Source: Verrucomicrobiota bacterium
GTDB lineage: Bacteria; Verrucomicrobiota; Verrucomicrobiia; Limisphaerales; UBA11358
Direction of reading: 5' to 3'
Assembly: GCA_049522015.1 (NCBI GenBank)
Contig: JBEKOG010000018.1
Location: 17,864-81,863, forward strand
DNA: 64,000 nt
Shown here: one piece after another, positions 16,250 to 25,925 of the stretch
Position numbering within the stretch: the stretch's first letter is position 1
Layout: the number at the start of each line of letters is the position of its first letter
Made by a program: the position numbers and the translations under genes
Notes under the pieces: generated by a model
Seen by the model: only the letters and a program-made list of their open reading frames with translations
The model's database searches: none
Told to the model about the DNA's origin: nothing

Positions 16250-16972
16250 TTAGGGACAGCCTCCATGCCTCATCAAATGTTTTTCGGCTGTTTTGATGTC
16301 CTGGATGGTGCCGGTTTGGAACCATTGGCCGTGATGCGGCAGGCACGCAAGGCGGTTTTGCTTGAGCGCTTCGTGCCAGAGGATTTTGACGGTGAATTTC
16401 CCGTCCGGAGCATTCAATAAAATGCGGGGATGCATGATCCCGATGCCGGCAATGATGTAAGGCGCTTCCCGCTCGTTCCAGTCAAAGGTGTTGCCGGGTT
16501 TGATGAAAAGATGATCTTCGCCCTTGTCATGCCCAATGGCTTTTGCTTTGGGTTGTGTAAGGAGCAGAAAATCCATTTTGGTGTCATGCCAATAACGGGT
16601 CAGACGATCCAGCGCACTTTCCTGTTCATCTGTCCAGATGATGTCGCTGTTGATGGTGAAAACAGGCTCATTTCCCAGAAGTGGAAGCGCCTTTTTCAGT
16701 CCGCCGCCCGTTTCCAGCGGTTCGGTCTCCTCAGAAATTTTGATGGTCAGGTCATTGCAGGCAGACAAATAGGCGGTCAATTGGTCCTTGAGGTGCGAGA
16801 CATTGATGATGACTTCCTTGATCCCGTATGCCCGCAGCTTGTCGAGCGCATATTCAATCATCGGCTTGCTCGCGACCGGCACGAGCGGTTTGGGCATCCG
16901 GTCCGTCAATGGCTTCAGCCGCGTGCCGTATCCGGCGGCCAGAACCATGGCCTTTTTAATCTTACCGTGCAT
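16250..16972 (-). CDS. murU: sugar-1-phosphate nucleotidyltransferase, MurU-like
   Basis: 240 aa with AMVLAAGYGTRLKPLTDRMPKPLVPV (nucleotidyltransferase G-loop). Adjacent to and overlapping an AmgK-like kinase gene, the usual amgK-murU arrangement. Confidence 0.65.
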   Translation of the reverse strand: MHGKIKKAMVLAAGYGTRLKPLTDRMPKPLVPVASKPMIEYALDKLRAYGIKEVIINVSHLKDQLTAYLSACNDLTIKISEETEPLETGGGLKKALPLLGNEPVFTINSDIIWTDEQESALDRLTRYWHDTKMDFLLLTQPKAKAIGHDKGEDHLFIKPGNTFDWNEREAPYIIAGIGIMHPRILLNAPDGKFTVKILWHEALKQNRLACLPHHGQWFQTGTIQDIKTAEKHLMRHGGCP

Positions 16973-18083
16973 AGCGATCCATCCATCGTTTCACGCCGGC
17001 CAGCATGGGATGGTGCAAGGCCCTTTGCAACAGGCGTTCCACACGCGGCGAATGAAATTTCTTATAGTCATGCTTTCCCTCGTGCCGGCTTAACTTTTCA
17101 AAAATGGCCAGTACACGGGTGTGCCGCAGCGCCGCCAAGATGGCCAGAGAAGTTTCAAAAGTTGTCCGGTCGAGGGCAGGGAACCGGGCCAGGTAACGCG
17201 CTATCATCTTCTCCCTAAGCTCATCCGGAACATCGCGCCGGGCATCTTCCAGCAGCGACATCAGGTCATACGTGATCGGGCCTTGGTACGCATCCTGAAA
17301 ATCCAGAAGCCCGGCCTGCCGGACGCCCTCGCGTTCTGGAAGCAACATCAAATTGGCCACATGATAATCGCGCAACAGGAGCGAAGCGGGGACTTGGTGG
17401 GCGACAGACAACACTTCCCGCCAGACGGTTTTGAATTCCGCCTTGCCGGCTTCTGAAATCGTGGGGGTGCGCCATTCCAAAAACAGCCCGATGTCTTCCA
17501 GCATTTTTTCCGGATGATACGTCCGCAGGCCGGTTGGGATTGCCTCGGGATGCCGGTGCAGGGCAATCAAGACATCGGTGGCCAGCGTATAAAGCTTTTC
17601 CGGTTCAAACGATTTCTTAAAGAGATTCGGCGCATTGGTAGGGCGCGTCACTCCGTGCGCGCCGCAATTGTCAGGTTGATGGGCGGCGGGCAGAGGACTC
17701 CGATGAATCGCGAGCAGGCTGCCCGCCCTACCTGATGTTTGTTCCCGTTGCCGTTGGGAAATGGCATCGGGTTGACCATCCAGCAGGCGGGTAAAGGTTG
17801 CATCACCGAAATCTTCCAGCAGCAGGAGGCCTTTTTTCTCATCCCGGGCAAGGATGGCCGGCACGCTGAAACCGAGTTGATGGAGATGCTGGCTGATCTG
17901 GATGAAGGGGGCCACGCTCTCCAGGACCGATGAGGCATCCATCAGAACCGCGCTTTGTTCATCCTTTTGCAGGCGGAAATATTTTCGGGCGGAGGCATCG
18001 CCGGTGAGGGGTTCACTGGTGGCGTTGCTCCAGGCGGTGGCGTTAAGAAATTCGCGCGCGCTGTCGTTGAGAATTTTGACCAC
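16962..18083 (-). CDS. amgK: aminoglycoside-phosphotransferase-fold kinase, AmgK-like (anomeric MurNAc/GlcNAc kinase)
   Basis: 373 aa with LLRDYHVANLMLL and GLLDFQDAYQGPITYDLMSLLEDAR motifs, and synteny with the murU-like gene. Contains an extra low-complexity segment (see findings). Confidence 0.6.
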   Translation of the reverse strand: MVKILNDSAREFLNATAWSNATSEPLTGDASARKYFRLQKDEQSAVLMDASSVLESVAPFIQISQHLHQLGFSVPAILARDEKKGLLLLEDFGDATFTRLLDGQPDAISQRQREQTSGRAGSLLAIHRSPLPAAHQPDNCGAHGVTRPTNAPNLFKKSFEPEKLYTLATDVLIALHRHPEAIPTGLRTYHPEKMLEDIGLFLEWRTPTISEAGKAEFKTVWREVLSVAHQVPASLLLRDYHVANLMLLPEREGVRQAGLLDFQDAYQGPITYDLMSLLEDARRDVPDELREKMIARYLARFPALDRTTFETSLAILAALRHTRVLAIFEKLSRHEGKHDYKKFHSPRVERLLQRALHHPMLAGVKRWMDRYAR

Positions 18084-18347
18084 GGATGGAAACTGATTAG
18101 CACGGATGAGTCATCGGCGCGATGAAAAAACACCCGGCCCGCCATTGCTCACGCGGTCGCAACCGTCAGCTTTTCCTTCCGCAAGATTTGCCCACCCTAT
18201 CGGGGGAAGCTTACTTCTCAGTCAATCAATCAAACTCTCAATAAAGAATGCCTTCGTTGGATGTGAATAACTTATTCTGGACAGGAAAGGAGGTCGGCGT
18301 AGGATTGTAATCAATCAGTCGGGAAAAACTCGGATCTGTGAAACCCT

Positions 18348-19076
18348 ATGAAAACGAAAAGCCATTCCATCATTCGTGTCGCGTGTCATTCATTCGCCGG
18401 TCGAACTCGTCTGGCAATTCTGTTTACCGTCCTATGGCTGGCAACGCTTGCCAGCACCAGAGTGTCAGCGGCCGGGTTTAATTCTGGAATTATCGATTTC
18501 GACTACAATTGGACCGAAAGCGGCTATCCCGCGTACGGGCCTGGTGCTGCGGCAATCGGCTCTGCTGGCGATCTTTGGAATACGATCTCGGCAGACGGGC
18601 AGCAAAACAATCCGCTAAATCTTTACAACACCGACGGCACCTCAACGAGCGTCATATGGTCCCTTTCCAGCGGTGGCAGTCAAGGAAACGCCATCGGAGG
18701 AACTTACGGGAGACTGTTCGACGTCAGTGTTGCATTCTATTCCGCAACCATCACCGGCTTGACTCCAAACCGACAGTACAATCTATACCTGTTTAGTGCC
18801 GTTTGGAGCGAAGAAATCAGCGTAAACGGCATCGATTTTACGACTTCCGGAATCCACTCTGGCAGTGTCAATTCTCTGACTGCGGGAAGCCAATATGATA
18901 TTCATACCGTAACGGCCGACTCGTCCGGCACTCTGGCATTTGTGCCCATTTCAGCCCAATTCGGGACTCCGTACATTTCTTCATGGCAACTCACGCCTGT
19001 GCCTGAACCCTCGGTTTCGGGGTTGGTGGCCGTCGGCGCCACCGCACTCCTCATTCGCTGTCGCAAGGTGAAGTAG
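18348..19076 (+). CDS. PEP-CTERM-anchored secreted protein
   Basis: 242 aa with an N-terminal signal. The C-terminus TPVPEPSVSGLVAVGATALLIRCRKVK is a PEP-CTERM sorting signal. Confidence 0.75.
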   Translation: MKTKSHSIIRVACHSFAGRTRLAILFTVLWLATLASTRVSAAGFNSGIIDFDYNWTESGYPAYGPGAAAIGSAGDLWNTISADGQQNNPLNLYNTDGTSTSVIWSLSSGGSQGNAIGGTYGRLFDVSVAFYSATITGLTPNRQYNLYLFSAVWSEEISVNGIDFTTSGIHSGSVNSLTAGSQYDIHTVTADSSGTLAFVPISAQFGTPYISSWQLTPVPEPSVSGLVAVGATALLIRCRKVK

Positions 19077-19231
19077 AACGCGGCCCTGTTTCCTGCTCTG
19101 CACTTGGTTCATTCAACGCGATCAGGCGCAGGCGGCGGAATTGCGCAAGCATAAACAGAACGATGGAAATTTTGCCGATTTCGATCCAACGGTAGTTCAG
19201 TCAAAATAAAAAACTTAACCTTAAATCAACT

Positions 19232-20113
19232 ATGAAAAAACAAATTGTAATTATCAGCCTTATTTCAACGTGTGCCTGTGTGCAGGCGCAGAATCTGTTT
19301 GTGTCGGATTACGGCAGCGACAACATTATTGAATTCACACCAAGTGGAGTTCAAAGCACTTTTGCCTCCGGGTTGTCCTATCCTCAAGGACTGGCCTTTA
19401 ACAGCGCGGGTAATCTGTTTGAGGCGGATGGTGGCAGCGGCAACATCTATGAGTTCACGACGGGCGGAGCGCGAAGCACCTTTGCCTCCGGGTTGAACGA
19501 TCCTTTTGGGCTGGCCTTTAACAGCGCAGGCTATCTGTTTGTGTCGGATTTCTTCAGCGGCAACATCACTGAAATTACACCAAGTGGAGTTCAAAGCACT
19601 TTTGCCTCCGGGTTGTCCTATCCTCAAGGACTGGCCTTTAACAGCGCGGGCAATCTGTTTGTGTCGGAACAGGGCGGCAACATCTATGAGTTCACGACGG
19701 GCGGAGCGCGAAGCATCTTTGCCAGCGGGTTAAATAATCCTGTAGGGCTGGCTTTTAACAGCGCCGGCAATCTGTTTGTGGCAAATTACGCAGACGGCAA
19801 CATTATTGAATTCACACCAAGTGGCGCTCAAAGCACTTTTGCCTCCGGGTTGTCTCTACCTTATGGACTGGCCTTTAACAGCGCGGGCGATCTGTTTGAC
19901 ACGGATGATGGCTTTTCTGGCATCCCGAGCTACATCTATGAATTCACGCCGGACGGAGTTGAAAGCACCTTTGCCTCCGGGTTCGATTATATTACAGGAC
20001 TGGCCTTCCAGCCCGTGCCTGAACCCTCGGCTTTGGGGTTGCTGGCCGTCGGCGTCACTGCACTTCTCGTCCACCGCCGCCGCTGCGCTACCGCCACGCT
20101 GCGCCAGCGTTGA
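19232..20113 (+). CDS. six-bladed beta-propeller repeat protein (NHL/SMP-30-like) with PEP-CTERM anchor
   Basis: 293 aa. Six ~40-aa repeats (GNIxEFTxxGxxSTFASGLxxPxGLAFNSAGNLF). C-terminus QPVPEPSALGLLAVGVTALLVHRRR. Confidence 0.75.
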   Translation: MKKQIVIISLISTCACVQAQNLFVSDYGSDNIIEFTPSGVQSTFASGLSYPQGLAFNSAGNLFEADGGSGNIYEFTTGGARSTFASGLNDPFGLAFNSAGYLFVSDFFSGNITEITPSGVQSTFASGLSYPQGLAFNSAGNLFVSEQGGNIYEFTTGGARSIFASGLNNPVGLAFNSAGNLFVANYADGNIIEFTPSGAQSTFASGLSLPYGLAFNSAGDLFDTDDGFSGIPSYIYEFTPDGVESTFASGFDYITGLAFQPVPEPSALGLLAVGVTALLVHRRRCATATLRQR

Positions 20114-20280
20114 ACCCCATTGCAGAAACCAAATTTGACTATCTTTGGCGCGCTCGGATTTTTCGCGGCGGGCGTTGGCATCGGCAATCTGTTGGCGTTC
20201 GGTGATAGTCATAGCCTTTCAAGGTCAGCTTCCAAATCGGCGGGCGGGCGGGGCGGAAGGGCTTTGACGACCGCGGTTGG

Positions 20281-20806
20281 GTGGTGGCGCAGGCGCCGGA
20301 ACATGTCATCGAGAACCTCAAGCTGGCGGAAAAGTCGGCGCGGGACGGCAAGAAAACCGTGAAGCGCCCGCCACCGGAGAAAAATTTTGTCAACTGGGAC
20401 AAAAACACGTTCAACCGGCTGGTGGCGGCGCCGCCGGAACGATTTCGAATCGGTACTGGCGATGTTTGTTGGTTCCGGTGGAGTCGGACTGCCCGTTGGC
20501 CCGGACACGCCGCCGCGCGTCCCTATTGATGCGGACGGCCAGCCATGGACGGTGGAGCGACTGAAACAGGCGCTGGAGGCTTACCACGCCGACCACGAGC
20601 GCATCTGCCTGGAACCGAACGCTCGAAATGTCCGTCACACCTACATCACCCCATCGGAAGACAAACAGACCTGGCGGGTACAGCAAAGGGTTGTGGATCC
20701 GGAGGAGCACAACGACTGGCTTGTTGAATTCGGCGTGGACCTGGGCAGGTCACGGAAGCAGGGCGAACCGGCCTTGCGCCTGCGCCGAATGGGCAGCCTG
20801 ACTTGA
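20281..20806 (+). pseudogene. probable gene remnant (C-terminal fragment, frameshifted), possibly from a large DEAD/DEAH helicase
   Basis: Two abutting frames, 20281..20529 and 20387..20806. The latter ends ...TWRVQQRVVDPEEHNDWLVEFGVDLGRSRKQGEPALRLRRMG, which recalls the extreme C-terminus of DUF3516-type helicases (memory only). No matching N-terminal body upstream. Confidence 0.3.
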
Positions 20807-20853
20807 GTTTATGATTGACTCCTTTGTGTCTCTGGCGAGCATTCGTTCATTCC

Positions 20854-21105
20854 ATGAACAACCGGCACGAAAAAATTCTATTCTGGGGCTGTTTCATCGC
20901 CCTCATCACCACCAGTTACGCCTTCATCAGTCGCATGATTTTGTGCGGCGGACAGTTTGTCGCCGACTTTGGACTGGACAAAGTTGCGGTGGGGGAACTT
21001 CAGGGCGCGGGCATCTGGCCGTTTGGCGTGAGCATCATTTCCGCACTCGATCCCACCAGCGTAGCTGCTGCAACAGACGAGCCTGTCTCCGAAGCCAGCA
21101 ATTAG
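20854..21105 (+). pseudogene. 5' fragment of an MFS transporter gene
   Basis: MNNRHEKILFWGCFIALITTSYAFISRMILCGGQFVADFGLDKVAVGELQGAGIWPFGVSII matches the N-terminus of a PVC MFS family as I recall it. After about 21040 the frame reads non-membrane text (SALDPTSVAAATDEPVSEASN) and stops. Confidence 0.5.
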
Positions 21106-21161
21106 GCACGGAAGTTTCACTTGCTGGAAACGCGGGAATTCATCATAAATAGCACCATCTT

Positions 21162-22541
21162 ATGGACGCCTCCAACCAACTCCCCGATTACATCATCAGT
21201 GCCACGCCCAATCCCGCAGCCAATCGCGCACCGTGGTATAAAAACACCGCGCCAGCCTACGCCGGCATCTTCCTATGGTTTGTATTCTGGCAGGATGCCG
21301 CCAAAGCCGGTGCGCCCGGCGGCACGCTCGCGCAAGGACTCGGCTGGGCGTTGTTGAGCCTCGCTGTCGCGGCCATGATTTGCCACGCGTTGTTCTACCT
21401 CGTGCCCGGACTCTTTGGCATGCGCACCGGGCTGCCGCTCTACATTGTCGGCACCTCCACTTTTGGCGCCACCGGCGGCTTTCTCATGCCAGGCTTCCTC
21501 ATGGGCGTGTTGCAATTTGGCTGGGTCGGCGTCAATGTCTATTTCTCTTCGCTCGCATTGAGCGCCGTAATTCCGGTGGATGCGAAAATCATCATGGTCG
21601 TCTGGGGCGCGCTGGCGGCGTTCGTCGGACTGAAAGGCATTCAATACGTCGCCAAGGTTGCCACCTATCTGCCGCTGATTCCGCTGGTGGTGCTGCTGTG
21701 GCTGTTTTCCAAAACCGCCGGCGACGTCGGTCAGTTTGACGCGGCAACGATGATTGCCGCGGAGCGAACCGCCTCCGCCACGACTGCCGCGCCCTTGGGA
21801 CACCTCGGCGTGCTGGCCGCCATGCTTACTTATGTCGTCGGATTCTTTGCCACCGCCGGCGCGGCGGGCGTGGATTTCGGCACCAACAGCCGGGACAGCA
21901 AGGATGTGCAAATGGGGGGTCTCATCGGCATTGCGCTCGCCATTCTTCTGACCGCCGGGTTTTCGCTGGTCATTGTCGCGGGTGTGGCGGGCGGCGCAAA
22001 AGGCGTGGTCACCAGCTTGAGTTCGTTCGATCTGATTCCGGCCATTCTCGGCAAGGACACCGCGAAATGGGTGATGTTCTTGCTGGCGATTGCGGCGTTC
22101 CCGCCAGCGTGTTTCTCGTCATTCATCGCGGCGAACAGTTTCAAGACCACGCTGCCGAAAGTGAATCCGTTCATTTCGGTCGGCATCGGCACGGCCATCA
22201 GTGTGGTGCTGGCCGTGACTGGGCTGGTGGCCAAAGCGGTCACCGTGTTCGTCATCATCGGCGCCAGTTTCGGTCCGATCTGCGGCGCGATGTTGGTGGA
22301 CTACCTCCTCAGCAAGGGCGAATGGACCGGGCCGCGCGCCGGGTTTAATCCCGCCGGCTGGATCGCGTGGGCGCTCGGTTTCGTCGTCGGCATCTTGCCG
22401 AATCTCCATGCTTGGAATCCATCAATTCCCGATGTTCCCGCCGCGCCCGTGGTGGCGTTCGTTGTCGGCGCTGTGGTTTACTTTCTCTGCGCCCAAATGG
22501 GCCTGCAATCTGCGGTCGTCCCACTGCCGAAGAAAAGCTGA
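21162..22541 (+). CDS. NCS1/CytX-like purine-cytosine-type permease
   Basis: 459 aa, about 12 TM. The N-terminal NRAPWYKNTAPAYAGIFLWFVFW resembles purine-cytosine permease-like transporters. Confidence 0.65.
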   Translation: MDASNQLPDYIISATPNPAANRAPWYKNTAPAYAGIFLWFVFWQDAAKAGAPGGTLAQGLGWALLSLAVAAMICHALFYLVPGLFGMRTGLPLYIVGTSTFGATGGFLMPGFLMGVLQFGWVGVNVYFSSLALSAVIPVDAKIIMVVWGALAAFVGLKGIQYVAKVATYLPLIPLVVLLWLFSKTAGDVGQFDAATMIAAERTASATTAAPLGHLGVLAAMLTYVVGFFATAGAAGVDFGTNSRDSKDVQMGGLIGIALAILLTAGFSLVIVAGVAGGAKGVVTSLSSFDLIPAILGKDTAKWVMFLLAIAAFPPACFSSFIAANSFKTTLPKVNPFISVGIGTAISVVLAVTGLVAKAVTVFVIIGASFGPICGAMLVDYLLSKGEWTGPRAGFNPAGWIAWALGFVVGILPNLHAWNPSIPDVPAAPVVAFVVGAVVYFLCAQMGLQSAVVPLPKKS

Positions 22542-22933
22542 CGTTGAACGCGATGGGCGGTATCGGCATGTTGGCGGTCGGCATTCTCGGCGCGCCGTTC
22601 ATCGGTTATTTGCAGGAAACCTCCGCCACCCGGCAACTGGAAACCACGAATCCCGCGCTGTATCAGACGGTGACCGTGGAGAAAAACTATCTGCTGGGCA
22701 AATACCAGGCCATTGATCCCGTGAAAAGCGCGGCGGTGACGGAGGAAGCCGCCCAGGCGGCCATCAAGGAGGCGACGACCACCGGGCAGTTCAGCGCGCT
22801 TGGCAAGATGGCTCTGTTCCCCACGTTCATGCTCGCCTGTTACCTGAGCCTGATGTTCTATTTCAAGAGCCGGGGCGGTTACAAACCGGTGCACATCGGG
22901 GAAGCGACGGTTGGGCAGCAGAAGCTGAACTGA
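22538..22933 (+). pseudogene. 3' fragment of the same MFS transporter gene
   Basis: Frame of ORF 22367..22933. From LTLNAMGGIGMLAVGILGAPFIGYLQE... to the end it matches the C-terminal region of the MFS family whose N-terminus is at 20854. The upstream part of that ORF is an Arg-rich shadow of the permease gene. Confidence 0.5.
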
Positions 22934-23106
22934 CGGGATTGAACCACAAAGAACACAAAGGGCACAAAGCTTGAGGCTGTCAAACCCTCAACCTTCAGCC
23001 CTCAACTCTCAACCGATTCGTCACACCGGCGCGGCATTGGATGCCGTCGCTCGCTCTCTGGCGCAAACACCCGCGTCCAAACCAGCCAATCACAAGAACC
23101 ATCCGT

Positions 23107-25608
23107 TCAGGGTTGGGTTTCCCCGGTACGGTACACGAAGGCATCAACGTCCTGACATCCCCCATTCTTCACTACGATTTTGATGGTATGTCTGGCGTTC
23201 GGCAACCCCGACTCCTCGTAAAGCACCTGCCGTGGAAGCCAGGATGAGGCGCGCGTGTTCACGCTTTTTCGCAGCGCGCCGTCAATATAGACCTCAGCCT
23301 CGCCATGGTTGTCGTTCCTGCTTCCGATCCACCTGATGGCGGTCCCGGTGAATGAATACTCAGCGTAGTCGCCGGCGGCGCTGGAAAAGTGGCAATCGAC
23401 CCGGTAATACCCCGGGCTCGTCGTGACGTAGTTCCAACTCCCGGAATACGTAATGGCAGGGTGATTGTCGTCGATCGGCACCCAGGTTCCGGGCGGGATG
23501 GACGTCGGGGTCGCTGTGGTCTCCGGGATGGGGCCACCGCCCAGCCCCCAGTACTTGGCTATGGCGCTGATGTTCACGCCGGTCTCAAAACTGCGCAAAC
23601 CATTATTGGCATTCGGCACCCCATCCCCGTCGTAGGATTCATTGTAAGTGCCCCAGTATCCAACGGTGGGGCCATTGACCAGCGCTTCGTAAACCGCAGC
23701 CTTTTGAGGATCGCCGACCGCTACCAGGCTCCACAGCAGGTAACCAAGATCGTGTCCGAGCGATTTCCCGACCGGGACCCCGATCAAGGGCAGCAAACGG
23801 GTCGTCTGGTTGAAGTACTGCTTGACGGCATAAATGTCGTTCCTCGCGCCTTCCGGATATTTCAACGGTGTTCCGTAGTACAGTGGAAAGAGAGTAAAAT
23901 TGACGACCGGCGCTTGCGGCCAGCTCCCGTCGCTCTTGACCCGGAACCAGTCGTGAAAGCCGCTTGGAAACTCCGGCACATCAGTCCGCCAATAATCCCT
24001 CTCCAAGGCATCAGTTAGCCTGCCTAGTTCGTCATTGAGATTGAGGAGCCGGTGGTTCCGCGAGTTCAAGTACGACGCCGGGTTGGCCCCTTTCGCCTTC
24101 AGGTATTGTATGTAAAACTCCAACGAAGCCGAACAGAGGGCGATGGAGGTCATGGACCAGTAGTGCGACAACTGCCCATTAAACCCGGTTGGTCCCACGT
24201 CCCCGGCGGCAAGCTCCGTTTCGTCGCCGCTGAATTCCAATCGGTAGCCGTTGGTGACCGCTTGCTTCAATTGAATATCCATCGCATACCTCAACGAATT
24301 ATCGGCCTTGGTCAGCGTCTGCAAATCGTGGGTGGCGTTGTAGTAATCCCGGGCTGCCAGCAGGTACAATGCGGTAACCTCGACCGCCTGATTGGCTTCC
24401 GGACACGGCCCGCCGTCGTTGACCATGAGATGCGCGTAAGTATCGCTTCCGCCGGGGGCGGCATTGGGAATGAAACCGTGAACGGAATACTTGTGGTCCA
24501 GCCATTGAATGAAACTCTTCAATTCATCGAAATGCCCGCATTCACTCAGTCCCCGCAAACCGCAGTAGGCGTCACGTACGTAGGACATGTCGTAACCTCT
24601 TTCGTTGGCGACAATGCCCCCGTCGCGGCACTGGTTCATCTTGATGATTGCCAGGCCGCCCTCGACGATGTCCCGCGCCCGCTGATCTTTGATGTGGTCG
24701 AGCAAATACTTGGTGTCAACGCCGCCAAACCAGGTTTGCCACTGCTGGATGCACTGTTCAGCGTCGCCAGCCACGTTTCTTTCCCGGACCAGCTTCATGC
24801 AGTCGCTGTCCGTTTTGTCGTCATAGTGCATGTAGTGATACAAGGCTGCGTTGTAAGAACCGCCGGGGACGATACTCCTGGTCCCGGTATCGAGGATATA
24901 GACATCGCCGCTGCGGGTCGCGGTGGTGGTCGGTTCATTGAAGGTGATCAACGCATGCCGGTTGGCCCAGTTTTGGCAGAAACGATTCACCATGCATTTG
25001 AGCGACGTATCCAGTTTCAGACTCACGCCCGTGGCGCGCCCGCTGGAATCCCCGACCATTGAAGCGGTCCTCCCCTCACCGGTTATCGGGGTTATCACGG
25101 CCTGGACGCTGACCTTGTGTGTCCGGGTGGCGGACTTGTTTTTGATCATCACCAGCCTCGCCGTCCACGGTTCGCCGCGACTCGCATGGTCAATCACCCA
25201 GACTTCCAAGTCCCCGATAGTTGTCAGCCCATAGAAGATGCCCGTATTCCGGGCGCGGTGCACATCCATGGTCAGCGATTGTGGCGCGCCATCAATCACC
25301 AGGCGGATCTCCTCGTCGCTCAGATAATTCGGACAGGTGTAGTCCGGTCCCACTAAAAAATCCCACTTGCCGTCTGCAGTCCCGCCGCCACCGGCAATCC
25401 CGTTCCCAATAAAGAAGTATTCCTTCCTGTTCAGGTACGGGACCTGGTCGGGCAATGGTATTTTGCCGATGACCGTGCGGCTCCCTTTGGCGGTTCCCGG
25501 CTCCAGGTCGGAGGCGATGTGCGCTGCTGCATCGGCGTACGCCACGGCGGAGACCATGAGGAGAATCAGCAGGGCCGGATAACAAGGCGTTTTTGACGAC
25601 GGAGACAT
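23107..25608 (-). CDS. secreted glycoside-hydrolase-like protein (alpha/alpha-barrel, GH15-like) with a C-terminal carbohydrate-binding-like domain
   Basis: Inside ORF 23107..25800; ATG at 25608 gives MSPSSKTPCYPALLILLMVSAVAYA (signal). The central region (RDAYCGLRGLSECGHFDELKSFIQWL...) resembles glucoamylase-like barrels. The C-terminal ~130 aa (ITYSGSWNY...AEVYIDG...) looks CBM-like. Family assignment is tentative. Confidence 0.55.
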   Translation of the reverse strand: MSPSSKTPCYPALLILLMVSAVAYADAAAHIASDLEPGTAKGSRTVIGKIPLPDQVPYLNRKEYFFIGNGIAGGGGTADGKWDFLVGPDYTCPNYLSDEEIRLVIDGAPQSLTMDVHRARNTGIFYGLTTIGDLEVWVIDHASRGEPWTARLVMIKNKSATRTHKVSVQAVITPITGEGRTASMVGDSSGRATGVSLKLDTSLKCMVNRFCQNWANRHALITFNEPTTTATRSGDVYILDTGTRSIVPGGSYNAALYHYMHYDDKTDSDCMKLVRERNVAGDAEQCIQQWQTWFGGVDTKYLLDHIKDQRARDIVEGGLAIIKMNQCRDGGIVANERGYDMSYVRDAYCGLRGLSECGHFDELKSFIQWLDHKYSVHGFIPNAAPGGSDTYAHLMVNDGGPCPEANQAVEVTALYLLAARDYYNATHDLQTLTKADNSLRYAMDIQLKQAVTNGYRLEFSGDETELAAGDVGPTGFNGQLSHYWSMTSIALCSASLEFYIQYLKAKGANPASYLNSRNHRLLNLNDELGRLTDALERDYWRTDVPEFPSGFHDWFRVKSDGSWPQAPVVNFTLFPLYYGTPLKYPEGARNDIYAVKQYFNQTTRLLPLIGVPVGKSLGHDLGYLLWSLVAVGDPQKAAVYEALVNGPTVGYWGTYNESYDGDGVPNANNGLRSFETGVNISAIAKYWGLGGGPIPETTATPTSIPPGTWVPIDDNHPAITYSGSWNYVTTSPGYYRVDCHFSSAAGDYAEYSFTGTAIRWIGSRNDNHGEAEVYIDGALRKSVNTRASSWLPRQVLYEESGLPNARHTIKIVVKNGGCQDVDAFVYRTGETQP

Positions 25609-25925
25609 GAGGTCGTGGTCTGTTTGAAGCCGTGCAATCATTTGCCGATGTTTCCCACTCCCGGTGAGTAACAAATCAATCCGGCGGAGGCAAACTCCGA
25701 AAATGCGGATCTGAAGTCTGCGCACACTATTTCTGAACACCAAGCAACACATGGTGCAGTGCAAACTCGCCATCTGAACGAACATGCACCGTGTCGGCAC
25801 TGAATTCGTTAATCAGGCAATAAACGGGTTGGTTCCGAGTATTGTAGTATTTTCCCATTTCATCCTGTGGTTTTTCGCCGCTGTCGCGGCGCCACTTGAT
25901 TAGGGCATAAAGACGTAACTGCTGC

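Noticed and set aside
20120-20362. 80-aa ORF right after the beta-propeller gene
   Set aside because: It is TTG-initiated, with Gly/Arg-rich second-half text. It overlaps the remnant frames and is not convincing as a gene.
21060-21161. Riboswitch (TPP, purine or similar) upstream of the NCS1/CytX-like permease
   Set aside because: I looked for the conserved cores I remember (CUGAGA...ACCUGAUCUGGAUAAUGCCAGCG for TPP, and purine-riboswitch loop motifs). I saw none, and the leader is only about 100 nt of unremarkable sequence.
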